Source: Mobula hypostoma (lineage: Eukaryota). From it: a DNA stretch of 64,000 nt. The DNA is taken from contig NC_086105.1 of assembly GCF_963921235.1 (NCBI RefSeq), positions 27,590,001-27,654,000 on the forward strand, read 5' to 3'. A model generated the notes under the pieces. The model was given only the letters and a program-made list of their open reading frames with translations. It was not told the DNA's origin and did no database searches. A program made the position numbers and the translations under genes. This document shows positions 25,852-37,546 of this stretch, piece after piece. Numbering within the stretch: the stretch's first letter is position 1; the number at the start of each line of letters is the position of its first letter.

Positions 25852-27244
25852 TATATCTATTCTGCACCTTCCAAATTGCCCCCAGAAACTCCAGCCATTG
25901 CTGGCTGCCGTCATCCTTGCTAGTGTCCCCTTCCAATCAACTCTGGCTAGTTCCTCACTCATGCCTCTGTAATTTCCTTTACTTTAATACTGATATAGTA
26001 ATCTGACTTTATCTTCTCCCTTTCAAACTGTAAGGTAAATTCTATCATAGTATTATCACTGCTTCCTAAGACTTCCTTTATCTCAAGCTCCCTAAGCAAA
26101 TCAGGTGCATTACACAACACGCAATCCAGAATTGTATTTCCCCTCGTGGGCTTACCCACAAGCTACTCCATAAAACATTTTGTAGGCATTCTACAAATTC
26201 CCTCTCTTGGGATCCTGCACCAACTTGATATTCCCAATCTCTCTTCATGTTGAAATCCTTCGTGATGATCATAGCGTTGCCCTTACTTATTACATTAATT
26301 TTCCTTTTCCCATTTGAAATTTATATCTCACATCCTGGCTACTGTTCAGGAACCTGTCTATAACTCCCATCAGGGTCTTTTTACCCTTGCAGTTCCTTAA
26401 TCTACCCACAAGGATTCTACATCTTCCGATGCTATGTCACCTCTTTCTAAGGATTTGATTTGATCTTTTTATCAACAAAGCCACCTCACCACCCCCCCAC
26501 CTACCTGCCTGTCCTTTTAATATAATGTGCATCCTTGAGTGTTAAGCTTCCAACTGGGATCTTATTTCAGCCATAACTCCGTGATGCCCACAGCATCATA
26601 CCTGCCAGTCTCTAATTGTGCTAAAAGATCATCTACCTTATTCTGTATACTGCACGCGTTCAAATACAACACCTTTGGTCCTGTGTTCATCACCCTTTTC
26701 AATTTCATCTCATCTCAGCCCACTGACTGTAATTTAGCCCTATTATCTGCCTGTACATCCTCATAGTCTCACTGCTCACTTATAAACCAAATGCCTCATC
26801 TTCAGCCCTATCCTTCCGGTTCCAGTCCCCCTACCAAATTAATCTAAACTCTCCCCAAGAGCTCTAGCAAACCTGCCCACAAGCATATTGGTCTCCTCGG
26901 GTTGAGGCATAACCCGTCCTTTTCGTACAGGTCATAAAAAAGAGGTAGAAGAATCCCAAAGATCGAGGTAACTAAAATCCAACCCTCTGCACCAGTTCCT
27001 CAGCCATTCATTCATTTGTACTATCGTCCTATTCCTATCCTGACTAGTGCATGGTATTTGGAGTAATCTAGAGATAACTACCTTGGAGGTCCTGTTCTTC
27101 AGCCTTTTGCCCAATTTTCTATACTCAGAGTGCAGGACCTCTTCCACCCCCCACCCCCCGAATTTTATCTATGTCATTGATGCCAATGTGCACCATGACC
27201 TCTGGCTATTCACCCTCCCTCTGAGAATCTTCTGCAGCCGGAAC

Positions 27245-27780
27245 TTTTACAAGGATATTTCCTGGTCTCGAAGACCTGAATTACCGGGAAAGGTCAAGTA
27301 GGTTAGTACTTTATTCCCTGTAGTGCAGGAGAATGAGAGAAGATCATATAGAAGTACGCAAAGTTATGAGGTGAATGAATGCAGGCTTTTTTCGCTCAGA
27401 ATGGGTGAGACAGAAGTACAAGGCATAGGTTCAGGGTGAAAGGTGAAATATTTAAAGGGAATATGAGGGGAATTTCTACACTCAGAGGGTGCTCTAACTG
27501 TGGAATGAGATGCCACCAGAGGTGGCAGATGCAGGTGAATGATGAAATGTTTAAGGGGCAACTTCTTGACAACGGGTGCTGAGAGTGGGAAATGAGCTGC
27601 TAGTGAATGCAGGTTTGATGCAACACTTAAGAGACTTTTAGATAAGTACATGGATGGGAGGGATTTGAAGGGATATGGTCTTGGTACAGTTAGATGGGAC
27701 TGGGCAGAAGGTCAGGATTACATGCACTGGATGGGTCAAAGGCCCTCTTTCTGTGCTGTAGCACTCTATGACTTGATGAA
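27245..27780 (+). mobile_element. CR1 3' fragment
   Basis: Decayed RT end and tail gggtcaaaggccctctttctgtgctgtagcactctatgact. Confidence 0.75.
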
Positions 27781-28063
27781 AACTACCCCAAAAATTTATT
27801 ACAGAGCAAAGTAAACACCTATTGCAAAAATTACCATTATTTAGCAGGAAACTCCATGTTTTTGTCTCCATCATTCATGCATCAGTAATATGTTGAATAA
27901 TTACGCTGAGAAAAGGAGTTGATATACAGTTACTTTAATTTAGGTTAAGTTGATAATCACTTTAGAAATCCATTAATCAAAAGACATCAAATGTAAAGCA
28001 AAGATACTCAAATAAATTATATCCTAATTTGTATTTCTTTTTGTCCCCAGATAAAACTTCAAT

Positions 28064-29296
28064 ATGGTATTCGCTGGAAGAAATCTTAATATGACATCCT
28101 CAAGTACAATTCCAACAGCTAAAACTTTGTGCAATTTCAGTGAGATATTAAACTTATCGTCTGGAGGTAGTGGAGGACAACTGAATGGACAGGACCAGAG
28201 GGAAATGAATAATACCACATTTCAAGAACTTTCGACAGGGGAAATTGTCACTGTCAGCTTCGTTTTTGGTGTGATCTGGCTCATTGCGTTGTTTGGGAAC
28301 TCACTTGTCTGCCTTGTGATCCACCGGAGCCGAAGGACGCAATCAACAACTAATTATTTTGTGGTGTCTATGGCTTCAGCAGATTTGCTCATCAGTGTGG
28401 CCAGCACTCCCTTCGTCCTTTTGCACTTTACAACAGGGAGATGGTTGTTAGGAGATGCCATGTGCAAATTGGTTAGGTACATCCAGTATCTCACTCCCGG
28501 AGTGCAGATTTATGTCCTTCTTTCCATCTGCGTGGATAGGTTTTATACTATTGTGTATCCTTTGAGTTTCAAAGTGTCTAGGGAGAAAGCCAAGAAAATG
28601 ATTGCAGCATCCTGGATTTTTGATGCTGTATTTGTATCTCCAACTTTGTTTTTCTATGGCACAGAAGGAGGTACCTGTAATTTGTTCCTACCCCAATCCT
28701 GGAGTGGTATCATCTATGGTACTGTTCACTTTTTACTGGGATTTCTAGTTCCATCTGTCCTCATCATACTATTTTACCAAAAAGTCATAAAATATATTTG
28801 GAGAATAGGTACAGATGGCAGGACTGTGAGGAGAACTATGAACATTGTACCAAGAACGAAGGTTAAAACAATCAAGATGTTTTTGATGTTAAATTGTATG
28901 TTCTTGCTGTCTTGGTTTCCTTTTTATGTGGTTCAAATCTGGCAACCAGATCAGCTGGATTACACAGGATGCTCAGCGGTCTTTCTGTCCATCGCACTGG
29001 TGTCTTTTAGCTCCTCGGCATCTAAACCCAGCCTCTACTCAATTTTCAATGCAAACTTCAGGCGAGGTATGAAGGAGACTTTCTGCATGTCGTCAATGAA
29101 ATGTTACCGTAGCAATGCATACACCATCACCACCAGCTCCAGGATGGCAAAAAAGAATTATGTTGGCATCACCGACATTCCAGCACCCACCAAAACCATT
29201 ACTAAAGATACAATATATGAAACATTTGACAGGGAAGCAAGAGAGAAAAAACTTGCATGGCCTATAAATTCAAATCCTCCAAATACATTTGTATAA
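28064..29296 (+). CDS. GPR19: G protein-coupled receptor 19 (class A orphan GPCR), single coding exon, 410 aa
   Basis: Intact 7TM ORF with GPR19-diagnostic segments: MVFA start, GNSLVCLVIHRSRRTQSTTNYFVVSMA, DRFYTIVYPLSFKVSREKAKKMI, WRIGTDGRTVRRTMNIVPRTKVKTIKMFL, KPSLY and C-terminal KKLAWPINSNPPNTFV. A pyrimidine tract plus AG acceptor ends at 28050, 13 nt before the ATG. Confidence 0.98.
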   Translation: MVFAGRNLNMTSSSTIPTAKTLCNFSEILNLSSGGSGGQLNGQDQREMNNTTFQELSTGEIVTVSFVFGVIWLIALFGNSLVCLVIHRSRRTQSTTNYFVVSMASADLLISVASTPFVLLHFTTGRWLLGDAMCKLVRYIQYLTPGVQIYVLLSICVDRFYTIVYPLSFKVSREKAKKMIAASWIFDAVFVSPTLFFYGTEGGTCNLFLPQSWSGIIYGTVHFLLGFLVPSVLIILFYQKVIKYIWRIGTDGRTVRRTMNIVPRTKVKTIKMFLMLNCMFLLSWFPFYVVQIWQPDQLDYTGCSAVFLSIALVSFSSSASKPSLYSIFNANFRRGMKETFCMSSMKCYRSNAYTITTSSRMAKKNYVGITDIPAPTKTITKDTIYETFDREAREKKLAWPINSNPPNTFV

Positions 29297-29634
29297 AGCA
29301 CGGTTCGGGCTTCATTTGTTGGCTTCACTGAGATCATGGAATTCAGACATTACATTGGAAAAAAAAACAGAAAGGGCATTTAATCAACTGAAAAATCATT
29401 CCTTCATAACTCTCCTATGAAAGAATATTAAAATATTTAATATATTTATAGTGTTTATAAAAGACCATGTATTTCATACTATCTCATCCGCTTAAAATAT
29501 ACTTTACAGCATCAAGAGCAAATCAGATGATTCAGCCATTAAAAATGCTCTACAGAATTTTTAAATCTAGGGCATCTCACTGAACTTCATGTGTTTAATA
29601 TAACTAATACCAGATGGTGTAGACACATCCAATT

Positions 29635-29640
29635 AATAAA
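29635..29640 (+). promoter_or_regulatory. Candidate GPR19 polyadenylation signal AATAAA
   Basis: AATAAA ~340 nt after the GPR19 stop, in AT-rich unique sequence; use is not verified. Confidence 0.4.
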
Positions 29641-30498
29641 AATGAATCATATTTGCATTTATCTGTTCCTGGATATGCATTAGAGTGTAAATGTTATTTT
29701 GCTTCAGAATGTAGTGTTGGAATACATGAACTAATAACCAGAGAAGCAATATTAATTGTCATCACATTGATGGTACTACTCAAAGTGTTTACTAATAATT
29801 ATTTTCATTCAGCACCACTTAGATTAGTATCTTACGATGTGACTGTTGTTTTATTTGCTTCACAGAACTATTGTCTAGTCACTAAAATATTTATTTGCAT
29901 AACTTCTGGACTGCATACAAAGAGGGCTTTATAATTGAGTATGTATTACCATATTAGGTTTTTGTCTTCTGTCAAAATAAACTCATTATCAAGCTTAAAA
30001 GGAATGACATTTTAACATCAATCCAGGATGTTCACATTTATTTTTAATTACTACTTCGACAATAATTTCTGACCCAACAAATATATATGCTATTATTCTG
30101 CTACAATTGGACTCAACGCCACATCAGTTTATAGTGCTTGGGTATCAATGACTTGTTGCTACTGGGACAAGCTAGAATTCAGTTCCACAGATTACAATGT
30201 TTCCATTCAATGTATTTCAGAAAATGAGTCAAAAACGCACACAAAGATTACACATATAATTTATGATCAGGTGCAAATTTCATTAACGGCTAAATGTGTT
30301 GCAGCGTTGGGTAAAAGTGGATGGGTGGGCACAGACCAAAGATAGGGCCTTACCTCATGGGTTAACCATGGAATGGTGGTATGATGGGAAACAGTAATTG
30401 GGTAATTAGTTGAGGAGCCGTGCCTGGGTCAGGAATTTGGGCCTTGGTTTCTAGAGGCTGAAAGCAATCAAGGGAGTAGATTGGTAACCAATGTGTAC

Positions 30499-30718
30499 CT
30501 TACTTAAGCCTATCACCTCTACAAGGGCACCGGCCTTCTGTCCTGGGGCAGTCTTTCAGGTTGTCCCCAGGTGGAGCCCATCTTTGAAGATCCTTCCTCT
30601 CCCAGGGATGAGGTCCTTGGAGCTCCTGTAGCTCTGTGTTCTCATGTGGTGGGGCTGCTAGCCTAATTTCCAACTCTCCTCCTTTCACAGCCCGATTTGG
30701 GACTGTCCTTGTGGAGTT
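30499..30718 (-). mobile_element. Short RTE-derived bipartite element (second copy)
   Basis: Reverse complement aligns by eye end to end with 3181-3418 (HPWERKDLQRW...PRTE). Confidence 0.6.
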
Positions 30719-31129
30719 AAAAGTATACCTTGCAGCAGTCCTAATCCAGCAGAGATTTTTCAAGACCCAGTTGTCCTAAGAGTGCTCACCAATGATCATT
30801 CCTGGGACAGTCTAGATTTTCCCCACAGTGATTCAAAGGAATTATTTGTACACGCGATGAAAATGAATCTGAATATATGACTAATTTATGTTATTCTGGC
30901 AGCTTAGTACAGCAAATGCTTGTTAAACTCACCATAAAGCTCAGCCAATTGTTAAAAAGGATTAACTACACTGTTAGCCTCGACCAGAAAGTTATAGTTA
31001 AGGAATCACAGTGGTTTAGTTGTTGCATTCAGTTTAAAAGTGTGTATTTTGTAGCTTTGAATTTTTGCTGTCACTTCTCCAATCTTCTTGTACTCTATCG
31101 TACATAGATTTGTAGCTGTGAAAATATTG

Positions 31130-31960
31130 AGTCAACACTTTAAATCTCTGCAGTCTTTTTCTTTGAAGGTAGTTCTGATATTGTCAAACTAAGCATTCCA
31201 GGGACATGACACTGCAGTGAAGGGACAGTGATATATTTCCAAATCAGATGGTGCACAACTTGGGAAGGGAATCTGCAGGTTGTAGTATGTGGTTCTATAG
31301 GCTATCATTGAAATAGGGGCATGTTACTGTAAGAAAAGCCTTGTCATATAAATGCAGTACATTGAGTCATTTAGAGAGTCAGTGAAAACAGAGTATTGTA
31401 TCCTACATTGTGTGAAGCTCTTGGAACAGGGGCTGCCAACATTTTTTATTCTATGGATCAATACCATTAAACAAAAGGAGTCCTTGGATCCCAGGTTAGG
31501 AACCCCTGTCCTAGAAATTCAGGAAATTAGAGGATACTCCACTCCCTCTATTCCTGTCTTCTAGATAGTTAAAAGCCTTTAGGACTCGAGTGGTGACTCT
31601 TGCTTTTATGACCATAGTTTTTCTATGGCTAGTTCTGTTGAGCTTCTGGTCAATGAGAACAGCTCCCTGAATTCCACAAGATGTTTAAGGCAGATACTTT
31701 TGGACAGCAATGGTGTTAAATATCAATGCTGATTGGTTACAGTTTCGTTAAGGATGTTATTACCTGCCAATCATTGTTCAGATATTACTTGTTGCCCATA
31801 AATCCATGATTGAATATTAACCAGGGAATGCTTCGTCCAATCATGAGCCGTTTGAGTTACAAATGAAATTGAACATCGTTGGCTGATGAAAACAGTGAAC
31901 ATTTGCATTTCAGACCTCGTAAGGCAAGATTACTGAAGCAGCAGTTGAAGATGGTTGGGT
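31130..31960 (-). mobile_element. Ancient LINE remnant
   Basis: gatatatttccaaatcagatggtg...gagcttctggtcaatg...gcagttgaagatggttgggtctaag; same family as 2130-2830. Confidence 0.5.
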
Positions 31961-32511
31961 CTAAGATCTCCTTCCCCTCCCCCTCCTCCCCGAGGAGCCT
32001 TTGCATCAACCCTTGGACTGAGGTGATGTTAAACAACCACATCTTTGTGCAAGTTAATACTCCAGTCAGTACACAACTTTCTCCTTCAGATCAAATTAAT
32101 CCAATTACTAATTCAGTCTCTTGCCCAATCCTTTAATCTCCCTGGTTAAAGGGATTCTCTTTGATTCACTGCCTTGACAGATTATCTTCAGTGAATTACC
32201 AGAATAAATTTTAAAACATAACTAAACAAAGTTAACAGCAAACTATAGGTTGTTAAATATTAAATCAAAGTTAATGACTGGATCATTATCGTACTGGTAA
32301 CATGTATTGAATAGAGTGAAAGTTAACATACTGTTGTGATTGGAAAACCTATTAATGAACTGGAAGTTCTGCACACTACAGTCAACACTGTGATCTATAA
32401 TGTTGGAAGAAAAGAGGAAATGTTCCTAGCAAATATTTTTATGTGTAGTCATTCCAGATCATATATCTGTCTTTCATTTTGTCTTATCATTTGCAACAGT
32501 ACCAGATTGTA

Positions 32512-34052
32512 CAAACCCCATTTCCAGAAAAGTTAGGATATTTTCCAAAATGCAATAAAAACAAAAATCTGTGATATGTTAATTCACGTGAACCTTTATT
32601 TAACTGACAAAAGTACAAAAAGATTTTTAATAGTTTTACTGACTAACTTGATTGTATTTTGTAAACATACACAAATTTAGAATTTGATGGCTGCAACACA
32701 CTCAACAAAAGTTGGGACAGAGGCATGTTTACCATTGTGTTACATCACCTTTCTTTTAATAACACTTTTTAATCGTTTTGGAACTGAGGATACTAATTGT
32801 AGTAGATTTGCAATTGGAAATTTTGTCCATTCTTGCTTGATATAAGACTTCAGCTGCTCAACAGTCCGTGGTCTCCGTTGTCTGATTCTCCTCTTCATGA
32901 TGCACCATACATTTTCAATAGGGGATAGATCTGGACTGGCAGCAGGCCAGTCAAGCACACGCAGTCTGTGTCTACAAAGCCACGCTGTTGTAGCCCATGC
33001 AGAATGTGGTCTGGCATTGTCCTGCTGAAATAAGCATGGACGTCCCGGAAAGAGACGTCGCCTTGATGGCAACATATGTCTCTCTAAAATCCTAATATAC
33101 ACCTCGGCGTCAATGGTACCTTCACATACATGCAACTCACCTATGCCGTGGACACTGATGTACCCCCATACCATCACAGATGCTGGCTTTTGCACCTTTC
33201 GCTGGTAACAATCTCCATGGTGGTTTTCATCTTTGGCACGGGGAACTCGACGCCCATTTTTCCGAAAACTAGCTGAAATGTGGACTCATCTGACCACAGC
33301 ACATGGATCCACAGTCTTTCGGTCCATCTGAGATAAGCTCGGGCCCGGAGAACTCGCCGGCGTTTCTGCATATAGTTGATGTATGGCTTCCTCCTTGCGT
33401 AATAGTTTCAAGTTGCATTTCTGGATGCAGCAACAGACTGTGCTGAGTGACAATGGTTTTCCAAAGTACTCCCGAGCCCAGGTGGCTATAATTGTCACAG
33501 TAGCATGACAGTTTCTTAGGCAGTGCCGCCTGCGGGTTCGAAGATCACGCACATTCAACAGTGGTTTCCGACCTTGCCCTTTACGCACTGAGATGTCTCT
33601 GAATTCTCCGAATCTTTTCACAATATTATGTACTGTAGAGGTTGAAAGACCTAAATTCTCTGCAATCTTGCGTTGAGAAATGTTCCCTTTGAACTGACTA
33701 ACAATTCTCTCACGAATGTTGGCACAAAGGGGTGAGCCACGACCCATACCTTACCTGCTACCAATTAGCCTGCTTAATGTGGACTCTTCCAAACCGGTGT
33801 TACCTGAATATTCTGTGCACTTTTCAATCTTATTTTAACTCTGTCCCAACTTTTGTTGAGGGTGTTACAGCCATCAAATTCTAAATTTGTGTATATTTAC
33901 AAAATACAATTAAGTTGGTCAGTAAAACTATTGAAAATCTTTTCTTTGTACTTTTGTCAGTTAACTAAAGGTTCACGTGAATTAACATATCACAGATTTT
34001 TGTTTTTATTGCATTTTGGAAAATATCCCAACTTTTCTGGAAATGGGGTTTG
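32512..34052 (-). mobile_element. Tc1-family DNA transposon (DD34E, IR/DR ends), frameshifted transposase 33747-32740
   Basis: TA flanks; ~210-bp TIRs CAAACCCCATTTCCAGAAAAGTT; HTH (ISQRKIAENLGLSTSTVHNIVKRF), WSDES, QQD-34aa-E (SPDLSPIENVW). Confidence 0.96.
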
Positions 34053-34780
34053 TAAATACCAGCAAATAGTTGTGGAAAATTAGTAATTAGCTTGTTGAAA
34101 TGCAACATGTATATTATTTCTTTGGTTAATATAGGAGAGCATCTGGTGAAGTCAATGGATATAAACCATGACAGCACACATATACTACTTGGTTATTTCA
34201 AGGATATCCTACTGAAGATTAGTTTAACAGCTTTTAGGTAATAAGACAAGATAAATTTTTATAGCTTTGTGAAAAATATTTTTATAGCAACATGTTGCAC
34301 TCAAAAGCAGTTTGATTAGTAAAAAAATTTTTTAAAGCAAAATTAAAGATTTAACCCTTTCTCTTGACAAGGATGATGCAAAGAGAAGAAGTGTGTGGAA
34401 AAGCAGCAAAGGAGAGAGCAGAATGTAAGAAGTATTTGATTTGTTGAAAGGTGGGAAACTGACTTTGTAAAAAGATGCAAAAGGTTTACTAAAACTCCTT
34501 TCTAATCGATTGCTAAATGCAACACGTGCATTGCTCTGGTATCAAAGCACTCAATTGACAATTTTAATTGCATTTAAATGAATAATATAATACAAAGAAT
34601 CCCCTAACAGGATACACAATTTACATTTTGATTTACAGATATACAGCGCTGTCAGAACTCGAAGGATGCAATCAATTTCTTTTATCTTCTGATAATTTGT
34701 CCACTTTACACAATATTGGTTTAACTGAAGAACAATGGATTGATTTTGCTGGTCCTTTCCATGGCACCATTCTCAGGTAA

Positions 34781-34782
34781 TT
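34781..34782 (-). CDS. CREBL2: Probable CREBL2 terminal exon start completing a split T|AA stop codon; 3'UTR follows toward lower coordinates
   Basis: Strong acceptor (T-run then aatttcag|AATTAC) at 34783; the leftover T of exon 3 plus AA gives TAA and a 119-aa protein. Inferred, no transcript evidence. Confidence 0.55.
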
Positions 34783-36395
34783 CTGAAATTAAAAAAAATA
34801 TTATTAAATGCAAGGTTAAACATCCAAGTTATAGAATAGTTTCACATCAAGATATAGCACCTCAATAACCTATCAAATATAATAGTATCACCATGTAGCA
34901 GCACAAATTACTTGGAAGTGTTCATAATTATAAATAATCATAATCTTTTAAGTGATAATTATTTGATATTTACAAAAACCTCTACTACTCTAGCACAGAT
35001 CGAATCCATGCAGCCTGTCACATTGTACTGGCTCTACAAACATGGGGCCTTAGACGTGCTTTTTCTTTGGTCCTTCTTATACTTTACCTAGTCCCATTTC
35101 CATGCCACCTTCCCACAGCCTTGAAATTCTTTCCTCTTGGATAATTATTTTGAACACTACAATTGAATCGGCTTCCATTACTACACCTAGCAATGCATTC
35201 TAAATCTTAACAACTTTTTATACATATTAAAGTTTTCCTCGTGTCACTTTTTAATATTTTTGCCAAACACCTTCAACTCTGTCCTATTGAAACTTTCACC
35301 AATACAGATATCATTACCTACCCTGTCTACACACTTAGTAAATTTCTTCTGTGTCCTCTCTAAATTGTTCACATCATTCTGAAGATGCCATACCTAGAAT
35401 TGAGCATAATACTTCAATTGTGGCCAAACCAGTATTTTATTAAGATTCACCATGACCCCTCATCCTGGGTTTGTAAAGCCCAGGATCCACATTTGGTCTA
35501 CCTGTCTGCCACTTTTAACATACCTGCACATGTGACTTTTTCCACTCCTTTTAGAATTGTGCCTTCTAGTTTACACCTCATTCCTACTAAAATGTAAAAT
35601 AATGTTCTCGGCATTAAATATTATCTTTCAATGATAAGCTCGTCCCACTAGCTTGTCCATATAAAACTTCCTGAGATGTACTACCACACTCCCACAGTGC
35701 ACCACAACTTTAAATTTTGTATGATTGGCTAGTTTGGAAATTGTACTGTTATTCCATGTGAATTATAATTTCACAGCCATCAGTTTTAACGTCATTGCTT
35801 CGCTTTGTATATTAATAATCAACCCGACACAACTGGTATTCAATATTAATACATTGTTAAGTTATATCAAACTTCTTTCCAAATATTGAATATAACAAGG
35901 CCTGGCTTCTTAACAATTCAAAGGCATATTGCTGCAGAAAATTCCTGCTAACATTCCATAAATTTACTACTTTCCAGGAATAAGTTGATCTCCTATGAGT
36001 TGGAACCTTGACCGGCTCGTTGCTTACAGTCTATGTACCATATTTCCAGGCTCTTCTGACAGGAGAAATATCCCCACAGAATACAAATTAACAAGCACAT
36101 TTAGAATCTTACATGCTCTAACAAAATTACCTCTTAGTGTTGCAAAACTTTCCACTGACTTTTGGTTAAAATTTCAAAGCTGGGTCTGACTGATTTCAAG
36201 CTGTGCACACATATACAATTCCAGCAATGTTTGTTTGATGGTAATCATGAAGAGGCAACATAAACTAATTTTCCCCACAAATACCAAGGGAATGGCTCAC
36301 AGCCCCAATGATTTGCAGAAGAAACTGAAATGTGAAATTTCCAAAACTCATTATTACTTGATAAATTATTCCAAATTATTTAATTAAATACTCAC

Positions 36396-36540
36396 AAGAC
36401 AAATTGGCATTTCCTTCCGTTCTTGTCTTTCCTGACTTGTTTGTAGACTGTTGTGCTTTGCTCTGATCATCCCCTGTCAAAAGTGCTTTTATTTCTGATG
36501 GTATCTTCCCTTGATCCATTGCTGTACACCATTGCTTGTA
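36396..36540 (-). CDS. CREBL2: CREBL2 coding exon 3 (missed by ORF track)
   Basis: 145 nt, ttgatttgtag|TAC...TCTT|gtgagt; encodes YKQWCTAMDQGKIPSEIKALLTGDDQSKAQQSTNKSGKTRTEGNANLS plus one base, in phase with exon 2. Confidence 0.95.
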
Positions 36541-36710
36541 CTACAAATCAAATCAAAAGATAAGTTTCAAGCAGGTGCAAAATGAAAGCGTAAAATCTAG
36601 TTGATAGCATTTCTAAATCTTTAAGAAATACAATTTGAAAATAGACCGCAACACACACAAAAAATGCTGGTGAACGCAGCAGGCCAGGCAGCATCTATAG
36701 GAAGAGGTAC

Positions 36711-36746
36711 AGTCGACGTTTCAGGCCGAGACCCTTCGTCAGGACT
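36711..36746 (-). ncRNA. Minimal hammerhead ribozyme motif (intact) in PLE terminus, sense to CREBL2
   Basis: Minus strand AGUCCUGACGAAGGGUCUCGGCCUGAAACGUC^GACU, identical to 1953-1988. Confidence 0.75.
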
Positions 36747-36874
36747 AACGGAAAGAAGAGATAGTAAGAGATTTGAAAGTGAGAGGGGGAGGGGGGGATC
36801 CGAAATGATAGGAGAAGGCAGGAGGGGGAGGGATGGAGCCAAGAGCTGGAAAGTTGATTGGCAAAAGGGATACG

Positions 36875-36957
36875 AGGGGGGGGAGAGGGGGGAGGGGGGA
36901 GAGGGGAGGGGGGAGAGGGGAGGGGGGAGAGGGGAGGGGGGAGAGGGGAGGGGGGAG
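36875..36957 (+). repeat. G/A-only low-complexity tract (GGGGA/GGGGGGA runs)
   Basis: ~80 nt of pure purine with many G4-G8 runs. Confidence 0.9.
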
Positions 36958-37546
36958 ATGAATTAATAAATAAATAAATAACAGATGGGGTACAAAGGGG
37001 AGGTGGGGCATTAACAGAAGTTAGAGAAGTCAATGTTCATGCCATCAGGAATACAAGGTGTTGTTCCTCCAACCTGACTGTGGCTTCATCTTGATAGTAG
37101 GGGAGGCCGTGGATAGACATATCAGAATGGGAACGGGATGTGGAATTAAAATGTGTGGCCACTGGGAAATCCTGCTTTCTCTGGCAGAGAGTAGGTGTTC
37201 AGCAAAACGGGCTCCCAGCCTGTGTCGGGTCTCACCAATATACAGAAGGCCACATCGGGAGCACCGGACGCAGTACATCACCCCAGCCGACTTCTAGGTG
37301 TCGCCTCAGCTGGAAGGACTGTCTGGGGTCCTGAATGGTGGTGAGGGAGAAAGTGTAAGGGCATGTGTAGCATTTGTTCCACTTACAAGGATAAGTGCCG
37401 GGAGGGAGATCGGGGGGGAAGGGATGGGGGGGGACAAATGGACAAGGGAGTCGCGTAGGGAGCGATCCCTGCAGAAAGGGGGGGGGAGGGAAAGATGTAC
37501 TTAGTGGTGGGATCCCGTTGGAGGTGGCGGAAGTTATGGAGAATTA

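Larger units (their letters stand above)
21680..27240 (-). mobile_element. Near full-length CR1 LINE (ORF1 esterase remnant + ORF2), interrupted by Rex1, PLE and Tc1 insertions
   Basis: Collinear minus-strand pieces: SGNH-esterase-like ORF1 (LKNRTSKVVIS...NEWLRNWC, 26932-27147), APE (PTRGNTILD), RT (FADDTKIGG), 3' tail at ~21680. Confidence 0.88.
36648..37546 (-). mobile_element. Penelope-like retroelement 3' part (GIY-YIG endonuclease + 3' terminus) in CREBL2 intron 2; continues at ~39427-39465
   Basis: YCVRCSRCGLLYIGETRHRLGARFAEHL (GIY-YIG with CxxC) and linker HNFRHLQRDPTTKYIFPSPP; 3' region matches the arms at 1211-2045. Confidence 0.92.

Noticed and set aside
35318-35335. Alternative CREBL2 last exon (cag|GGTAG giving Trp-stop)
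   Set aside because: No polypyrimidine tract, and it lies in degraded LINE-like sequence; the 34783 acceptor is stronger, though this option is not formally excluded.
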